30,808 bases of DNA from Promethearchaeota archaeon (GCA_027031765.1 JALVPN010000211.1:30184-60991); one strand, 5' to 3'. Shown: positions 18,796 to 27,644, counted from the stretch's first letter. The notes: a model not told the origin generated them from the sequence alone. Program-made: numbers and translations.

Positions 18796-21456
18796 TCAGT
18801 GCCGGTCTACGAGGTCACGGAGCATATCGATGACAGTGGCCCCGACCCGACGCAGCGACAGCGTGTCCAAGTGTACGACCCGCGGCTCCAGTGGTGAGAG
18901 ATGTCTGGACAGCTCGGTGGGAGCGACCGCATCACCCAGCAGGAGCACGAGAGTGGCATGTGCTGGCCCCTTGGACAGTGCCTCAAGATATGTGGCGGAA
19001 GTGGGGTCCGGTGAGGTGGTACCGTCAGTCACAACGACCACCAAGGTGGGGCGTTCCTTGAAGTCGTGCAGGTACTCGGCAATGCCGCGGTAGAGCTCGC
19101 CCGTGTCAGGGGGCTGCAGAGGAGTGGGTGGTGTCCCCAAGATGAAGTCCACTAGTGCACTGACAACACCGGCCCGTGTAAGGTCGTCAGAGAATGAAAA
19201 GACCATCCGGTCAACATCAGCGTGCAGCACGAACTTCTCGGGCCTCGTGCTGACACGCATCGCACCGAGCCTGCCGTCAGAGTCGTTGTACAGCAGTAGG
19301 TCGAGCACATGGAGCAGCAAGATGACCGCGGCATCGCGCCTTGACACGTGTCCGTCAGGACTGTGCAGAGAGCTGTTGACTGCCCCAATTAGCCCCGCAA
19401 TGCGTGAGAGGGCACTCTGGACTGCCCCGACGGAACGGAGCCTCACATCACACTGGTCGGCCCCGGGCCCCAGGGCGGTACACAGGACGACATTATAGTC
19501 CCCGAGCACTGCCTGCTCAATGAAGTCGACCTCGGTCTCTTCCGTGAGGACACCGACCTCGTTTGGGCCAAGGGGCGGGTCAGTCCTGCTGAGGGACAGG
19601 CGGAGTGGTGGCCCCCAGTCCCGCAGCACGATTTGGGAGCCAAGGCCTATCAGTAGACCGGGCACCATCCTACGGATGCTGTCACCATGCATGTGTAGCC
19701 AGGCCATGTTCTCGACTGACGGTGCACCCTGCGGTGAGTCATAAGTGAAGACGGCGAGGTCGAGCGGTGCGATGTCACCATCATATTTTGTGACGTCAAC
19801 GACTGACGCGGCGAGGCCGAGGAGGCCTGCGTCCTCGTGGCACATACGCACCCATCTCGACCTGCAGCCATGGCACTCCCTGACACGTCCCGCAGCCCAC
19901 TGACTAGAGTCTGCTGCAAGCACGAGGACCACATCACCCGCAGAAACATCGAGGAGCCGCATATCATCTGGTGACAACAGCAGCGTGCCACGGGGGAGGT
20001 CCTCGGTGTCGACAGAGAAGCGTAGCGCAGACAGCACTGTCTCACACTGCCGCACACCGATGCACCGCAGCAGTTCCCTAGTAAAGCGGTTGAGGTGTGA
20101 CGCCTCGCTTAGGACTGTGGCCTTTGGTGCATAGGCAAGCACTGTGGTGGCGAGAGCAGCGGCGTCCCGCGACAGTACCCCTTCTGTAAAGGCACTACGC
20201 CACCCTGCAATATGTAGCGTACCGTCACGACCCGTGTGGATGACCACCTGATGGGCAGACGCACCACCGGGCGCCTCAATTGTGACACACGCCGTATCTG
20301 TGACCACCCGACCACCGTCATCTGACAGCATCACATCCACAGAAGTGACAAGCCCGATCTGTCGTGTGGCGAGTACCCGCAGGACACGTGCCGACTCCTT
20401 CACTGCCATGCGCCCCAGTGCCCCCTCCGCCACCACAGCGCTGTCGACTTCGACGTCCTCAATCACCCGGGGGCGGACTAGCCGCAGGATGTTGCCAGCC
20501 AGCACGCGCTGGACATCACCCGGTCTTGCACCCAGGCTGCGGCTCAGTAGGAACGATAACACCTCGGCGATGCTGTCACCAGTATGGGTCTCAGGATAGG
20601 CACTAGCGAACACAAGACGTTCTGACCAGTGGTGCTCCCCCCGTGAGCGACGCATCCTGCCTATGAGGGTTGACAGTGATGCAATCGTAGCACCACATGT
20701 GAGCACACGGGCCCCCGGTATGTCGGCCAGCCGACCAATGTCGCGGCCCCATGTCCGGTGGTCACGCACCGCCACCAACAGGTCTGGCCCGGACAGTCCG
20801 TGCTCCTTGAGTGATATCAGCCAGAGGAGGAGGCGGTCCAATTCCTGACGTCCCTCCATGGCGACGACAAGCGGCCGGCCCTCAACGAGCGCCCTAGAAG
20901 CTCCGATGTCAAGCCCGCCCTCATCACTCACGGGCAGGTCTGCTGCCATGACGAGCCGCAGTGGGGCCGTGTCAATGCGGGCCAGTGGGAGGTGCTCTAC
21001 CGGATAGAAACGGGACGCATAGGGACTGGAAGAGGTCCACTCCACGAGCATGCGTACGTTGCTGTCCTGCTGTGCCGGCGGCAGGGCCTGGCGCTCAAGA
21101 TACAGGAGAGGCCTAGCAAGGAACTGGTCAACCACCCAGGACCCAGTCTTAGCACCCGCAACCGAAGAACAGAGGTCAGACAACAGTGGTGGCCGGCGGA
21201 GGTACTGATAGATGCGGCGCGGCACGTACCGGAAGGCCGTGAGATAGGAGCTCGAATAGCGCAGCAACTGGCCACACACGCGGTCGTAGAAGGACATGAC
21301 CCCTAAGGGGTCGAATGAGCGCTTCTGACCGCCGACAGACACGGCACCCAGTTTCAACATTGCGTCCACTACAAAGAACCGACAGACCTCACTAGACTCT
21401 GTATCCTCGGTCACTATCATGGTGTCGTCCCCACCTACAACTGTGTGGGTGGCCAT
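18796..21456 (-). CDS. 886-aa multidomain protein: degenerate amidohydrolase-like barrel + unknown region + CDC48/VAT N-domain-like module + vWA-like domain
   Basis: FVVDAMLKLG and RLVFASAYP...VQRVLAGNILRLV resemble the amidohydrolase_2 DxHxH and FGSDYP...GNA motifs with ligands lost. LLLSPDDMRLLDVSAGDVVLV...LRLSLSRTDPP...VGVLTEETEVDF resembles CDC48_N/CDC48_2. PTLVVVVTDG resembles a vWA strand. The ORF is certain; domain calls are by eye. Confidence 0.8.
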   Translation of the reverse strand: MATHTVVGGDDTMIVTEDTESSEVCRFFVVDAMLKLGAVSVGGQKRSFDPLGVMSFYDRVCGQLLRYSSSYLTAFRYVPRRIYQYLRRPPLLSDLCSSVAGAKTGSWVVDQFLARPLLYLERQALPPAQQDSNVRMLVEWTSSSPYASRFYPVEHLPLARIDTAPLRLVMAADLPVSDEGGLDIGASRALVEGRPLVVAMEGRQELDRLLLWLISLKEHGLSGPDLLVAVRDHRTWGRDIGRLADIPGARVLTCGATIASLSTLIGRMRRSRGEHHWSERLVFASAYPETHTGDSIAEVLSFLLSRSLGARPGDVQRVLAGNILRLVRPRVIEDVEVDSAVVAEGALGRMAVKESARVLRVLATRQIGLVTSVDVMLSDDGGRVVTDTACVTIEAPGGASAHQVVIHTGRDGTLHIAGWRSAFTEGVLSRDAAALATTVLAYAPKATVLSEASHLNRFTRELLRCIGVRQCETVLSALRFSVDTEDLPRGTLLLSPDDMRLLDVSAGDVVLVLAADSSQWAAGRVRECHGCRSRWVRMCHEDAGLLGLAASVVDVTKYDGDIAPLDLAVFTYDSPQGAPSVENMAWLHMHGDSIRRMVPGLLIGLGSQIVLRDWGPPLRLSLSRTDPPLGPNEVGVLTEETEVDFIEQAVLGDYNVVLCTALGPGADQCDVRLRSVGAVQSALSRIAGLIGAVNSSLHSPDGHVSRRDAAVILLLHVLDLLLYNDSDGRLGAMRVSTRPEKFVLHADVDRMVFSFSDDLTRAGVVSALVDFILGTPPTPLQPPDTGELYRGIAEYLHDFKERPTLVVVVTDGTTSPDPTSATYLEALSKGPAHATLVLLLGDAVAPTELSRHLSPLEPRVVHLDTLSLRRVGATVIDMLRDLVDRH

Positions 21457-21562
21457 GCACCTGTGGCAGTACGGACATGGGTGTTTCCTGTGTCGTGCGC
21501 GGACACCCCCCGGTCACCACTGAGACCCAACACTGACGGTTTGACCGGGCCGCACGGCTGTG

Positions 21563-22864
21563 CTACTCCTGGGGGAGGAGGGCATCAATCAGACTGCGCA
21601 GGGTCTCCTCATCCATCCTGCGGATCTCCTCAGGCGGGATATTGCCGAGCATGTCCGGAGGCACCTGCACGAGCAACCGGGCCTTGGACTCACCGTACTG
21701 CTCCGCGAGCATGGCCAGACGGGGGTCGCTCTCAGGCTCTGCTCCTGGCGGGACGCCAAGTCGCTCACTCTCAGCAAGCAGGGCCTTCAGTTCGGCGACC
21801 GTCATCCTCCTGAGCTTGGAGTCAGAGTATTGCTGACGGACAGACTCAGGCAGTGCGGCAATCAAGTCCTTCTTGGTACGGCGTCCCGTCCCGCGCGCGG
21901 TCGTAGGTGCCACCTCAGGAGCTGTCGTGGTGGACTCGGCGAGCAGTCTGAGGTCATCAAGTGAGAGAGCTTCAATATCGTCTTGGGACATCCCAGCAAG
22001 GACTTCAGGGGGGATTCTTGACAGCAACTGCTCACGCTCGGTCGTCCTGTGGACACGCCGGACACGCCGGACACGCCGGACACGCCTGGTCTTGGGTGGG
22101 CCCGTTTCACCCATCAGTTTGTCAACAAGTTCTCGTGCGGTCTCGGGAGTCAGTCTCTGCAAATCCTCTGGTGGCAACGAGTCACGGACATCTTGGGGCA
22201 GCTCACCCAGTATCTCTTCGACTTCAGGAGAGAGAGCCCCTCTCTGATTGGACGACGCATCCACTTCTAGCATGCTGTGGTACTCGTCCGCATGCTCCTC
22301 AAGTAGGATGGGGCCGGCCTCGAGCTCCTGCTCGAGCACCGATGTGTCAATCTCGATGTCGAAGCCGCGGCTCCGCCACGACATGAACCGGTCTATTGCG
22401 TCCACGGTCATGTTGATACCTTCAAGGAACAGACGGATCTCCTCATCGGTCATATCCTGGAAGTCGCCGAGAATCGTACTCAGCGTTTCTTCCGGCAGGC
22501 GGGCCCATATCGGGCCATGCAACAGTCTTGACAGCCCAGCAGCACAGTGAGAGCGTACCCAGACGTCCTTGTCGCGGAGACCACGGAGGAGGTGTGGGAT
22601 AGTCCTCGGCTGGGCGTACCACGCAAGTGCCATTGCAGCAGCAATCCGGACATCATCCTCTTCGTCGTCGAGGGCGGGGAGGAGGTCGGGTACCACCGTG
22701 GGGTCGCCCAGGTCCACTGCTGCGATGAGTGCCCGCTCGCGTACCACGTCCGAAGGGTCAGAGAACGCCTTCACAAGGGCTTTACGATAGCGCGGGTCCT
22801 GTCTAGCCAATCTGCCGACATCCTCGGTCTCGAAATTCAACAGCATTTCTCGTACTTCAGACAA
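21563..22864 (-). CDS. HEAT-repeat protein with four C-terminal helical repeats of about 33 aa
   Basis: N-terminal HEAT/PBS-type repeats (DPSDVVRERAL; DEEDDVRIAAAMAL; DKDVWVRSHCAAGL). TTG start with GGAGG upstream. Confidence 0.9.
   Translation of the reverse strand: MSEVREMLLNFETEDVGRLARQDPRYRKALVKAFSDPSDVVRERALIAAVDLGDPTVVPDLLPALDDEEDDVRIAAAMALAWYAQPRTIPHLLRGLRDKDVWVRSHCAAGLSRLLHGPIWARLPEETLSTILGDFQDMTDEEIRLFLEGINMTVDAIDRFMSWRSRGFDIEIDTSVLEQELEAGPILLEEHADEYHSMLEVDASSNQRGALSPEVEEILGELPQDVRDSLPPEDLQRLTPETARELVDKLMGETGPPKTRRVRRVRRVRRVHRTTEREQLLSRIPPEVLAGMSQDDIEALSLDDLRLLAESTTTAPEVAPTTARGTGRRTKKDLIAALPESVRQQYSDSKLRRMTVAELKALLAESERLGVPPGAEPESDPRLAMLAEQYGESKARLLVQVPPDMLGNIPPEEIRRMDEETLRSLIDALLPQE
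22051..22086 (+). repeat. Perfect 9-bp tandem repeat (GGACACGCC)x4, encoding RRV x4 on the minus strand
   Basis: Read directly from the sequence. Confidence 0.95.
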
Positions 22865-22950
22865 GGGCGAGTCCTCCGCCGTTCGTCAGACTCATTTGCA
22901 CCAGTCCGCGCATATCACATTGGCGCGCCATGAAGCTCTGGTCAGCTCCT

Positions 22951-22960
22951 CTACTTAAAT
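22951..22960 (-). promoter_or_regulatory. TATA-like box ATTTAAGTAG upstream of the HEAT gene
   Basis: AT-rich box about 90 nt upstream of the TTG, in a divergent intergenic region. Confidence 0.35.
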
Positions 22961-23112
22961 CAGTTGGCAAGATGGACCCCCCGGCATACGAGGACGGACG
23001 GGTGTTGACACTGGCCCACCGCGGCAAGGGGCCCACAGCAACCATGACAGTGCTGGAGGACACCGATAGGGTTTTGGCCCGGTTGTATCCCCGGCTGCAT
23101 GGTGCACCACCG

Positions 23113-23964
23113 TTGGATCCCGAGAGGAGTAGCGCAACGCTGAGAGTGGTCATATTCACCCTCGTGATGTTGGAGATAGTTGTCATCCCGCCTGCCCTCG
23201 TGTCCGTGCTCACGGGCATCGCCAAGGAGCTGGCTGCAACACTGTTGTTCTTCCTGTCATTCGGACTGATCTATGCTGCTGTCGTGCTGTGCCTGAGGTG
23301 GGAGGACGCTGGGAGCCCTGAAGACCTGGGCCTGCACCTTGACACAGGTACGCTGCCACACCTTCTCATCGGTGGGACAGCAGGGACAGCAGCAGCAGGG
23401 CTCGTGATAGCGTGTGCCATTATGTTTGGTGGCACTCTCCGGGACGCCTCAGAAATCACCGCCGCACTGATTTCCAGTGAACTCATCATCACAGCCCCCG
23501 TCGCTATGTTTGAGGAGCTTGCATACAGGGGCTATCTGATGACCAGGATGGAAAGACTGTTGGGGCCCACACGCGGGCTTGTCGGGGCGTCCATCATCTT
23601 CTCACTCCTGCACTTCACATGGTGGCTACCCCTCGGCTCGGTGCCGGCACATCTCGTCGCACTCTTCACCCTCAACCTTGCACTGGGTGGCATCGTCCTC
23701 GGGCTGGGCTACCACATGTCTGGAGACCGTCTCTGGCTGCCCGTGGGGTTCCACTTCGCATGGAACATGCTGGCCTACGTAGTCTTCCCGGTCTTCCCCA
23801 GAGACCCGGCCACAGGGACGCCCACCGTGGTCTACATGCCGGAACTCTTCCAGATCGAGTGGGGGGTCACCACACTGGTCGCGTTCCTCTTTGGCCTGAT
23901 ACTCATGTGGCTCCTCATGCGCACACGCGGCCATGGCGTGCAGGGACTGCGTGCTGCTGCGTAA
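23113..23964 (+). CDS. CPBP/Abi (CAAX type II) intramembrane metalloprotease
   Basis: EELAYRGY, FSLLH and HFAWN motifs. Likely start is the TTG at 23113 (the ORF track's 22930 start probably over-extends). Confidence 0.92.
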   Translation: MDPERSSATLRVVIFTLVMLEIVVIPPALVSVLTGIAKELAATLLFFLSFGLIYAAVVLCLRWEDAGSPEDLGLHLDTGTLPHLLIGGTAGTAAAGLVIACAIMFGGTLRDASEITAALISSELIITAPVAMFEELAYRGYLMTRMERLLGPTRGLVGASIIFSLLHFTWWLPLGSVPAHLVALFTLNLALGGIVLGLGYHMSGDRLWLPVGFHFAWNMLAYVVFPVFPRDPATGTPTVVYMPELFQIEWGVTTLVAFLFGLILMWLLMRTRGHGVQGLRAAA

Positions 23965-24006
23965 CACTATTCAGTCGGCGGGCACCTGGGATGACCCGTG
24001 GGACAG

Positions 24007-24381
24007 ATGAGCGAGAGCGACAGACCAATAGAGGTCGTCCTTGAGGACGGCACGACAGTCCGGGGAGTACTGGACAGGGTGAAGGGCCCCCTCATAGTTG
24101 AGGACATAACCGACAGGCTCCCAATAACCGGACGCGCTGTTGTGATGGGCAAAGAGGTCAGGATAACCCTGGGCATCGGCAGGGGAAACCTCAAGGCGAC
24201 ACGCAACGTCCAGCGCGGCGAGATCGCCTACATGCCACTGGGCGATTCTCTCTGCATATACCTTGAAGATACAACAACACCCGCACCTGTCAACCCACTA
24301 GGCATGGTGACACCAGTGGACGCGGTCGACAGTCTGCGAGGTGTCAGGAGGGGGGCAAGGGTCACTATCAGGGCCCCGTGA
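24007..24381 (+). CDS. Cyclophilin-like fold protein (DUF369/TM1367-like)
   Basis: P..VE.I..RLPI.GRA...G.EV...RGEIAYMPLGDSLCIY......PVNPLG pattern. Confidence 0.85.
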   Translation: MSESDRPIEVVLEDGTTVRGVLDRVKGPLIVEDITDRLPITGRAVVMGKEVRITLGIGRGNLKATRNVQRGEIAYMPLGDSLCIYLEDTTTPAPVNPLGMVTPVDAVDSLRGVRRGARVTIRAP

Positions 24382-24418
24382 ACCGGGGCACACACTGACG
24401 GCGTCTTGTGCCAAGGCA

Positions 24419-24979
24419 TCACGAGCGTTGGACGGCCTCGATGATCGTCTGGGCGTCGTCAGACTCGGGCTCCGTGGGGTCGACCACCATACCGGGTTCC
24501 CGGGTCTCGATGAGGACCTCCATCCCGGAGTCGCGCACACGGACAAAGCCAGTCCCGGTTGTCGGACGCACACGGATACACTTTGTTTCGAACTCGTACT
24601 TGCCAGACAACTGTGTGGCCCGGGCCTCCCGTCCAAGCCGTGACACTGCAACTCTCAGTCGTTCCTTCAGTTCTGCCGCCTGGACCTGTAGCTTCCTGCG
24701 GGCTGCGCTTTCCGCATCAAGTGCTTGCTGTAACTCCTCGAACTCGACCCGTGGTACGTAGTCGCTGTACGGGTCGACCCAAGTAATCCGCGTACCGCTC
24801 TGCCTCCGGACAGTGTGCACGAAGTCGAGCGCACTGAGCACTGCCACTATGTCGTATACCCTCCGCTTCTCCTTGATGCCAAGGAGCCTGGCGAGCTCGG
24901 CGCTCTCAATCCCCGCGTCCCCACGCTCCTTAAGAATGGCTATTGCATTCTGGGCGAGCTCTCTCAGTCGTGTCAACAC
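24419..24979 (-). CDS. E2F/DP-family winged-helix transcription factor with coiled coil and a C-terminal beta-rich domain
   Basis: LARLLGIKEKRRVYDIVAVLSALDFV...ITWVD matches the E2F/DP signature (RRxYDxxNVL...I.W.G), followed by a coiled coil. GAGGTG RBS. Confidence 0.88.
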   Translation of the reverse strand: MLTRLRELAQNAIAILKERGDAGIESAELARLLGIKEKRRVYDIVAVLSALDFVHTVRRQSGTRITWVDPYSDYVPRVEFEELQQALDAESAARRKLQVQAAELKERLRVAVSRLGREARATQLSGKYEFETKCIRVRPTTGTGFVRVRDSGMEVLIETREPGMVVDPTEPESDDAQTIIEAVQRS

Positions 24980-25237
24980 GGCACCTCAGGTACGTCGAGT
25001 GACAATTACTCCTCAAGGAACAGAGCAATAAATTGGCAATACCACCTTGTATTTAGGTGTTTGTATTGTGTTTCTTTTTTTCGTAAGACCCGCGACAAAA
25101 AACATCTGAGGATTATTCGACCCGACCGACGAAAAAGCGCACTGTCCACTGGAAGACGTACTACCGACAATTTCTTATCATCCCACAGGCCGGACACACA
25201 GGCCAACCCGAAACACGACGCAATGGCGGCGGTAGCA

Positions 25238-26572
25238 ATGAGCAGGAAAAAAGTAATCATCATGGGCGCGGCTGGCCGCGACTTTCACAACTTCAACGTC
25301 TTTTTCAGGGACAATGAGGAGTATGAGGTCGTGGCCTTCACGGCCGAGCAAATACCGGGCATCGGTGATAGGGTCTACCCACCCGAGCTGTCTGGCGGTC
25401 TCTACCCGGACGGCATCCGCATCTATCCGGAGGAGAAGCTGCCGGAACTTGTGAAGGAGCACGGTGTGGAACAGTGCATCCTCGCATACTCTGACCTGTC
25501 CTATGAGACCGTTGGGAGCAAGATTGCATGGGTGAACTCCATGGGCCCGGACATGAGGCTCATGGGGCCGACCACGACGATGCTCAAGAGCAAGAAGCCC
25601 GTAATCGCAGTGTGTGCTGTGAGGACGGGCTGTGGAAAGAGCCAGACGTCCCGGCGTGTCAATGAAATCCTCGTCCGGAAGGGGCTCAGGCCCGTGAATG
25701 TCAGGCATCCCATGCCCTATGACCCCGACCTCACGACCCAGATTGCGCAGCGCTTTGCCACCCTTGAGGACATGGACAAGTACAACTGTACCATCGAGGA
25801 GCGCGAGGAGTACGAGCCCATGGTCAAGATGGGCATTGTTGTGTACGCCGGCGTCGACTACGAGAAGATCCTCCGGCAGGCCGAGGAAGAGGCGGACATC
25901 ATAACGTGGGACGGCGGCAACAACGACACCCCGTTCTACAGGCCCGACCTGCACATTGTGGTCGCCGACCCCCACCGTCCGGGCCACGAGATATCATACT
26001 ATCCTGGTGAGACGAACCTCAGGATGGCAGACGTAGTGATAATCAACAAGGTTGAGACCGCCGACTACGAGGACATAGAGGAGGTCAGGGAAAACGTCAT
26101 GGCCGTGAACCCGGACGCACTGATTATCGATGCTGCCTCACCACTGACAGTGGACAACATCGATGTCATCAGGAAGAAGCGAGTCATAGTCATTGAGGAC
26201 GGGCCGACCGTGACCCATGGAGAGATGCCCTATGGTGCGGGGTACATCGCCGCACGTAAGGCGGGCGCGTCCATCGTTGACCCACGGCCCTATGCGGTCG
26301 GGAGCATCCAGGACACCTTCAGGAAGTACACACACCTCGAAGATGTGCTCCCGGCGATGGGCTACGGGAAGGCCCAGATCCGCGAGCTCGAAGAAACCGT
26401 CAACAGGGCCGATGTCGATGCGGTCGTCATTGGCACGCCCATAGACCTCGGGCGCCTCATCAAGATTAACAAGCCAAGCACACGCGTCCGCTACGAACTG
26501 CAGGAGATAGGCCGCCCGGACCTTGAAGATGTCATTGGTGACTTCTTGGAGGAGCGCGGCCTGTCACAGTGA
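25238..26572 (+). CDS. P-loop protein of the family annotated as cyclic 2,3-diphosphoglycerate synthetase-like GTPase; probable arginine synthetase (ArcE-like)
   Basis: VIIMGAAGRDFHNFN, AVRTGCGKSQT (P-loop), RHPMPY, TIEEREEYEP, WDGGNND, EDGPTVTHG. Start taken as the ATG at 25238 (the ORF track's 24815 start overlaps the E2F gene). The specific function is inferred. Confidence 0.88.
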   Translation: MSRKKVIIMGAAGRDFHNFNVFFRDNEEYEVVAFTAEQIPGIGDRVYPPELSGGLYPDGIRIYPEEKLPELVKEHGVEQCILAYSDLSYETVGSKIAWVNSMGPDMRLMGPTTTMLKSKKPVIAVCAVRTGCGKSQTSRRVNEILVRKGLRPVNVRHPMPYDPDLTTQIAQRFATLEDMDKYNCTIEEREEYEPMVKMGIVVYAGVDYEKILRQAEEEADIITWDGGNNDTPFYRPDLHIVVADPHRPGHEISYYPGETNLRMADVVIINKVETADYEDIEEVRENVMAVNPDALIIDAASPLTVDNIDVIRKKRVIVIEDGPTVTHGEMPYGAGYIAARKAGASIVDPRPYAVGSIQDTFRKYTHLEDVLPAMGYGKAQIRELEETVNRADVDAVVIGTPIDLGRLIKINKPSTRVRYELQEIGRPDLEDVIGDFLEERGLSQ

Positions 26573-26651
26573 CGGGTGCAAGGCGCCCCGACGTGGTGGC
26601 GACCCGGTACGGACACACCGGGCATTCAGGACCGTACTGTCCTGGCCGGGC

Positions 26652-27644
26652 CTACCACCACTCATCAGCGACCGGCCCCGAGGGCTCTACCCCTGAGACC
26701 ACACCAAGAGCAGGGCCAACACCAGACCTCATCTTCAGCAGGTTCAGGTAGAGCACAGACCTGAACACAGCGTCAATGGGTGCCACCAGGAAGGCGACTC
26801 CCAGCGAGGCCACCAACAGTGCCACCTGGCCCGCAGTTACGAAGATAGCAGTCAGCCCCACCAAGACAATGCCTGCGAGGATGAGTTTGAGGAGGGTGAA
26901 CATGATGATGGCACCTAGGACGTGAAAGAAACGGCCCTGCGTGAGGACGTACGAGCGCCTGAGCGCTTCAGACACGGAGCAGTCGTCCGCCACGGGCACC
27001 ACCATTGCCACATACATCCGGACTGCAAAGAACAGCGCCGCGAACAGGCACAACATGCCCCCGGCAAAGAGCAGGAGGATGTAGCTGGAGGGCGCGCTGG
27101 CAGTGAGTACCAGATAGATGGACGTTGACATTGCAAGCAGCCACACCACCAGCAGGCCACCCGTTACAAGGGACACCACGACCGATACAGAAACAACACC
27201 TGCAAACGTCTCATTCCCACGTGATATTGCCAAGTGGAGATTATCAACGCCGCGCCCGTACCGGGACAGGACGTATGCAATCACCCATGCAGTGCCCAGA
27301 CCGGAGAGGAACAGCCCTATTGCCACCAGCGCTATGTCAGCAATCACAAAGGTCACTGGCATATTCATCCACGACATCATTGCACCGGGCAACAGGTCAA
27401 GGGAGAATGACAGGTACTGCAAGTCTGATGTAAATGTGGCCAGTACCTTGTCGCCGAAGAGTAGGACGAGGACTGTAAAGCGGAGCACTCCCGACAACAA
27501 CAGCATGCTCCCCAAGAGCGCAGCGTACACATGGGGTCTCTTGATCCACAGGTCCACCGCCCTGACAGCCACGGCCACCGCACCGAGTGGCTCTTCCAAT
27601 TGTTCGTCCGGAGGTGTCGGCTTAGCATCGAAGTCAATTGCCAT
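26652..27644 (-). CDS. Multi-pass membrane protein (GDPD-membrane-domain/DUF975-like), paralog 1
   Basis: Several TM helices; ALRRSYVLTQGRFFHVLG motif; ends ADEWW. Confidence 0.88.
   Translation of the reverse strand: MAIDFDAKPTPPDEQLEEPLGAVAVAVRAVDLWIKRPHVYAALLGSMLLLSGVLRFTVLVLLFGDKVLATFTSDLQYLSFSLDLLPGAMMSWMNMPVTFVIADIALVAIGLFLSGLGTAWVIAYVLSRYGRGVDNLHLAISRGNETFAGVVSVSVVVSLVTGGLLVVWLLAMSTSIYLVLTASAPSSYILLLFAGGMLCLFAALFFAVRMYVAMVVPVADDCSVSEALRRSYVLTQGRFFHVLGAIIMFTLLKLILAGIVLVGLTAIFVTAGQVALLVASLGVAFLVAPIDAVFRSVLYLNLLKMRSGVGPALGVVSGVEPSGPVADEWW

Noticed and set aside
22930-23112. N-terminal extension of the CAAX protease ORF
   Set aside because: It overlaps the divergent promoter region; the TTG at 23113 gives a normal-length protein.
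24815-25237. N-terminal extension of the 585-aa ORF
   Set aside because: It overlaps the E2F-like gene and the AT-rich intergenic region; family homology starts at MSRKKVIIMG.
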